A stretch of DNA of 64,000 nucleotides from an uncultured Rhizobium sp. (lineage in GTDB: Bacteria > Pseudomonadota > Alphaproteobacteria > Rickettsiales > UBA1997), in NCBI GenBank assembly GCA_964434225.1, contig CAYSUM010000004.1, positions 45,293 to 109,292 on the forward strand, read 5' to 3'. The notes beneath the pieces are model-generated. The model saw nothing but the letters and a program-made list of their open reading frames with translations, made no database searches and had not been told where the DNA came from. Every line of letters starts with the position of its first letter. The first letter of the stretch is position 1. The position numbers were made by a program, and so were the translations under genes. Of this stretch, positions 63,102 through 64,000 are shown in pieces.

Positions 63102-64000
63102 ATGAAAAAATATCTTCTGTTTTGCGCCGCAATTATTTTTAGCAATATCGCACAAGCAGCTGATATTTATCCGCTTGATCCCAATCACACCAACATCACG
63201 TGGTCGGCCAATCACTTCGGATTTTCCAGCCCATCCGGCAAATTCACCCAATCAACGGGCTATATTATGATTGATGAAAGCCATCCACAAAATAGCTCGG
63301 TTTTTGTCACCATCAAAACCGATTCAGTTCTGACAGGCATTGCCGAATTCGATTCCAAACTCAAAGGCAAAGATTTTTTAAATACGACCAAATATCCAGA
63401 AGCAAGATTCGTCAGCAAAAATATTATCGTACAAGGCAAGCGCGCCAAGATTATCGGCAATTTATCACTTCTTGGCATCACCAACGAAATCACACTTAAC
63501 GCCCAACTCAACCGCATCGGACTTAACAGCTACACTCAAAAGAAAACCGCTGGATTCAGCGCCACCGCCACTATCAAGCGCTCCGATTTTGGCATGGATT
63601 TTGGCATTCCTGGAATTTCAGATAACATAAAAATCGCTATCGAAGTTGAAGGAGTTTTAGATCGCACCGCCAAAATAACGCCCGAAGCCGCCGAAAATAA
63701 AAGCCTGATAAAAGACGATTTATTTACTGGCAACCCTTGGAAAATTGCCACCGCGAACAGCTCAATTAGTTTTGCCGTTACACAAAATAACCTCGCAATT
63801 AATGGCTATTTCACAAATTTTGAAGGAAAAATTGCTTTCGATCCTTCTGATTTAGCGCATTCTGTAATTTCAGTTGACGTCGATATTTCATCGCTAAATT
63901 GTTCTGCAAGAGATGTTGTCGAAGTTCTAAAAAAAGCCGATTGGTTTAACTTATTACAATTTCCACGCGCTAACTTCACCGCCACCAATTTCATCAAAAC
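63102..64000 (+). CDS. Tandem YceI-domain periplasmic protein (3' end outside window)
   Basis: Not in the supplied ORF track because it has no stop codon in the window. My hand translation from ATG 63102 is open to nt 64000. It shows a signal peptide, YPLDPNHTNITWSANHFGFS...IKRSDFGMDFG, then a second YceI-like repeat (WKIATANSSISFAV...FEGKIAFD). Confidence 0.75.
   Translation, partial: MKKYLLFCAAIIFSNIAQAADIYPLDPNHTNITWSANHFGFSSPSGKFTQSTGYIMIDESHPQNSSVFVTIKTDSVLTGIAEFDSKLKGKDFLNTTKYPEARFVSKNIIVQGKRAKIIGNLSLLGITNEITLNAQLNRIGLNSYTQKKTAGFSATATIKRSDFGMDFGIPGISDNIKIAIEVEGVLDRTAKITPEAAENKSLIKDDLFTGNPWKIATANSSISFAVTQNNLAINGYFTNFEGKIAFDPSDLAHSVISVDVDISSLNCSARDVVEVLKKADWFNLLQFPRANFTATNFIK

Overview
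AT-rich bacterial chromosomal window with about 62 protein-coding genes and 2 tRNAs. I saw no rRNA, CRISPR array, transposase or integrase. Most of it is housekeeping: ftsH, ispH, ppa, purH, cmk, rsmG, ald, rsmA, rpsD, metX-metW-rlpA-metZ, lptF-lptG, nadK, pabC/pabB, nrdA, comEC, dnaQ, lpxA, fabZ, ilvBN, rpmG, glpX and secB. The alpha-type SecB, a solitary tRNA-Ile(GAU), an ankyrin-repeat protein and long palindromic repeats, some inside genes, suggest a host-associated alphaproteobacterium (Rickettsiales/Holosporales-like); this is inference only. The best candidate for an undescribed system is at 16521-18882 (minus strand). Three genes are joined by ATGA stop/start overlaps: a DinD-like protein truncated after its N-terminal part, an SMC/RecF-type ABC ATPase, and a DUF4276-like (Toprim-like) protein. 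The architecture resembles PARIS or OLD systems but uses a different effector-like partner. The cassette sits directly on the cmk start and lies near a second Bro-N/DinD-type gene and an ankyrin-repeat gene. Other items worth a second look: (1) a large orphan gene split at an A8 slippery run (61101-61108), whose C-terminal part carries glutamine-synthetase-like motifs; (2) a run of four consecutive lipoprotein genes (LPP20-like and CsgG/LpoB-like) after lptFG; (3) several families of nested palindromic (RPE/MITE-like) elements, one supplying the C-terminus and stop codon of an eptA-like gene and one lying in frame inside pabB; (4) a prepilin-LamG gene wedged between pabC and pabB; (5) an orphan TpsB transporter; (6) a lysine-rich insertion in ComEC. 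All calls come from reading the translations and the DNA by eye. No database search was run.
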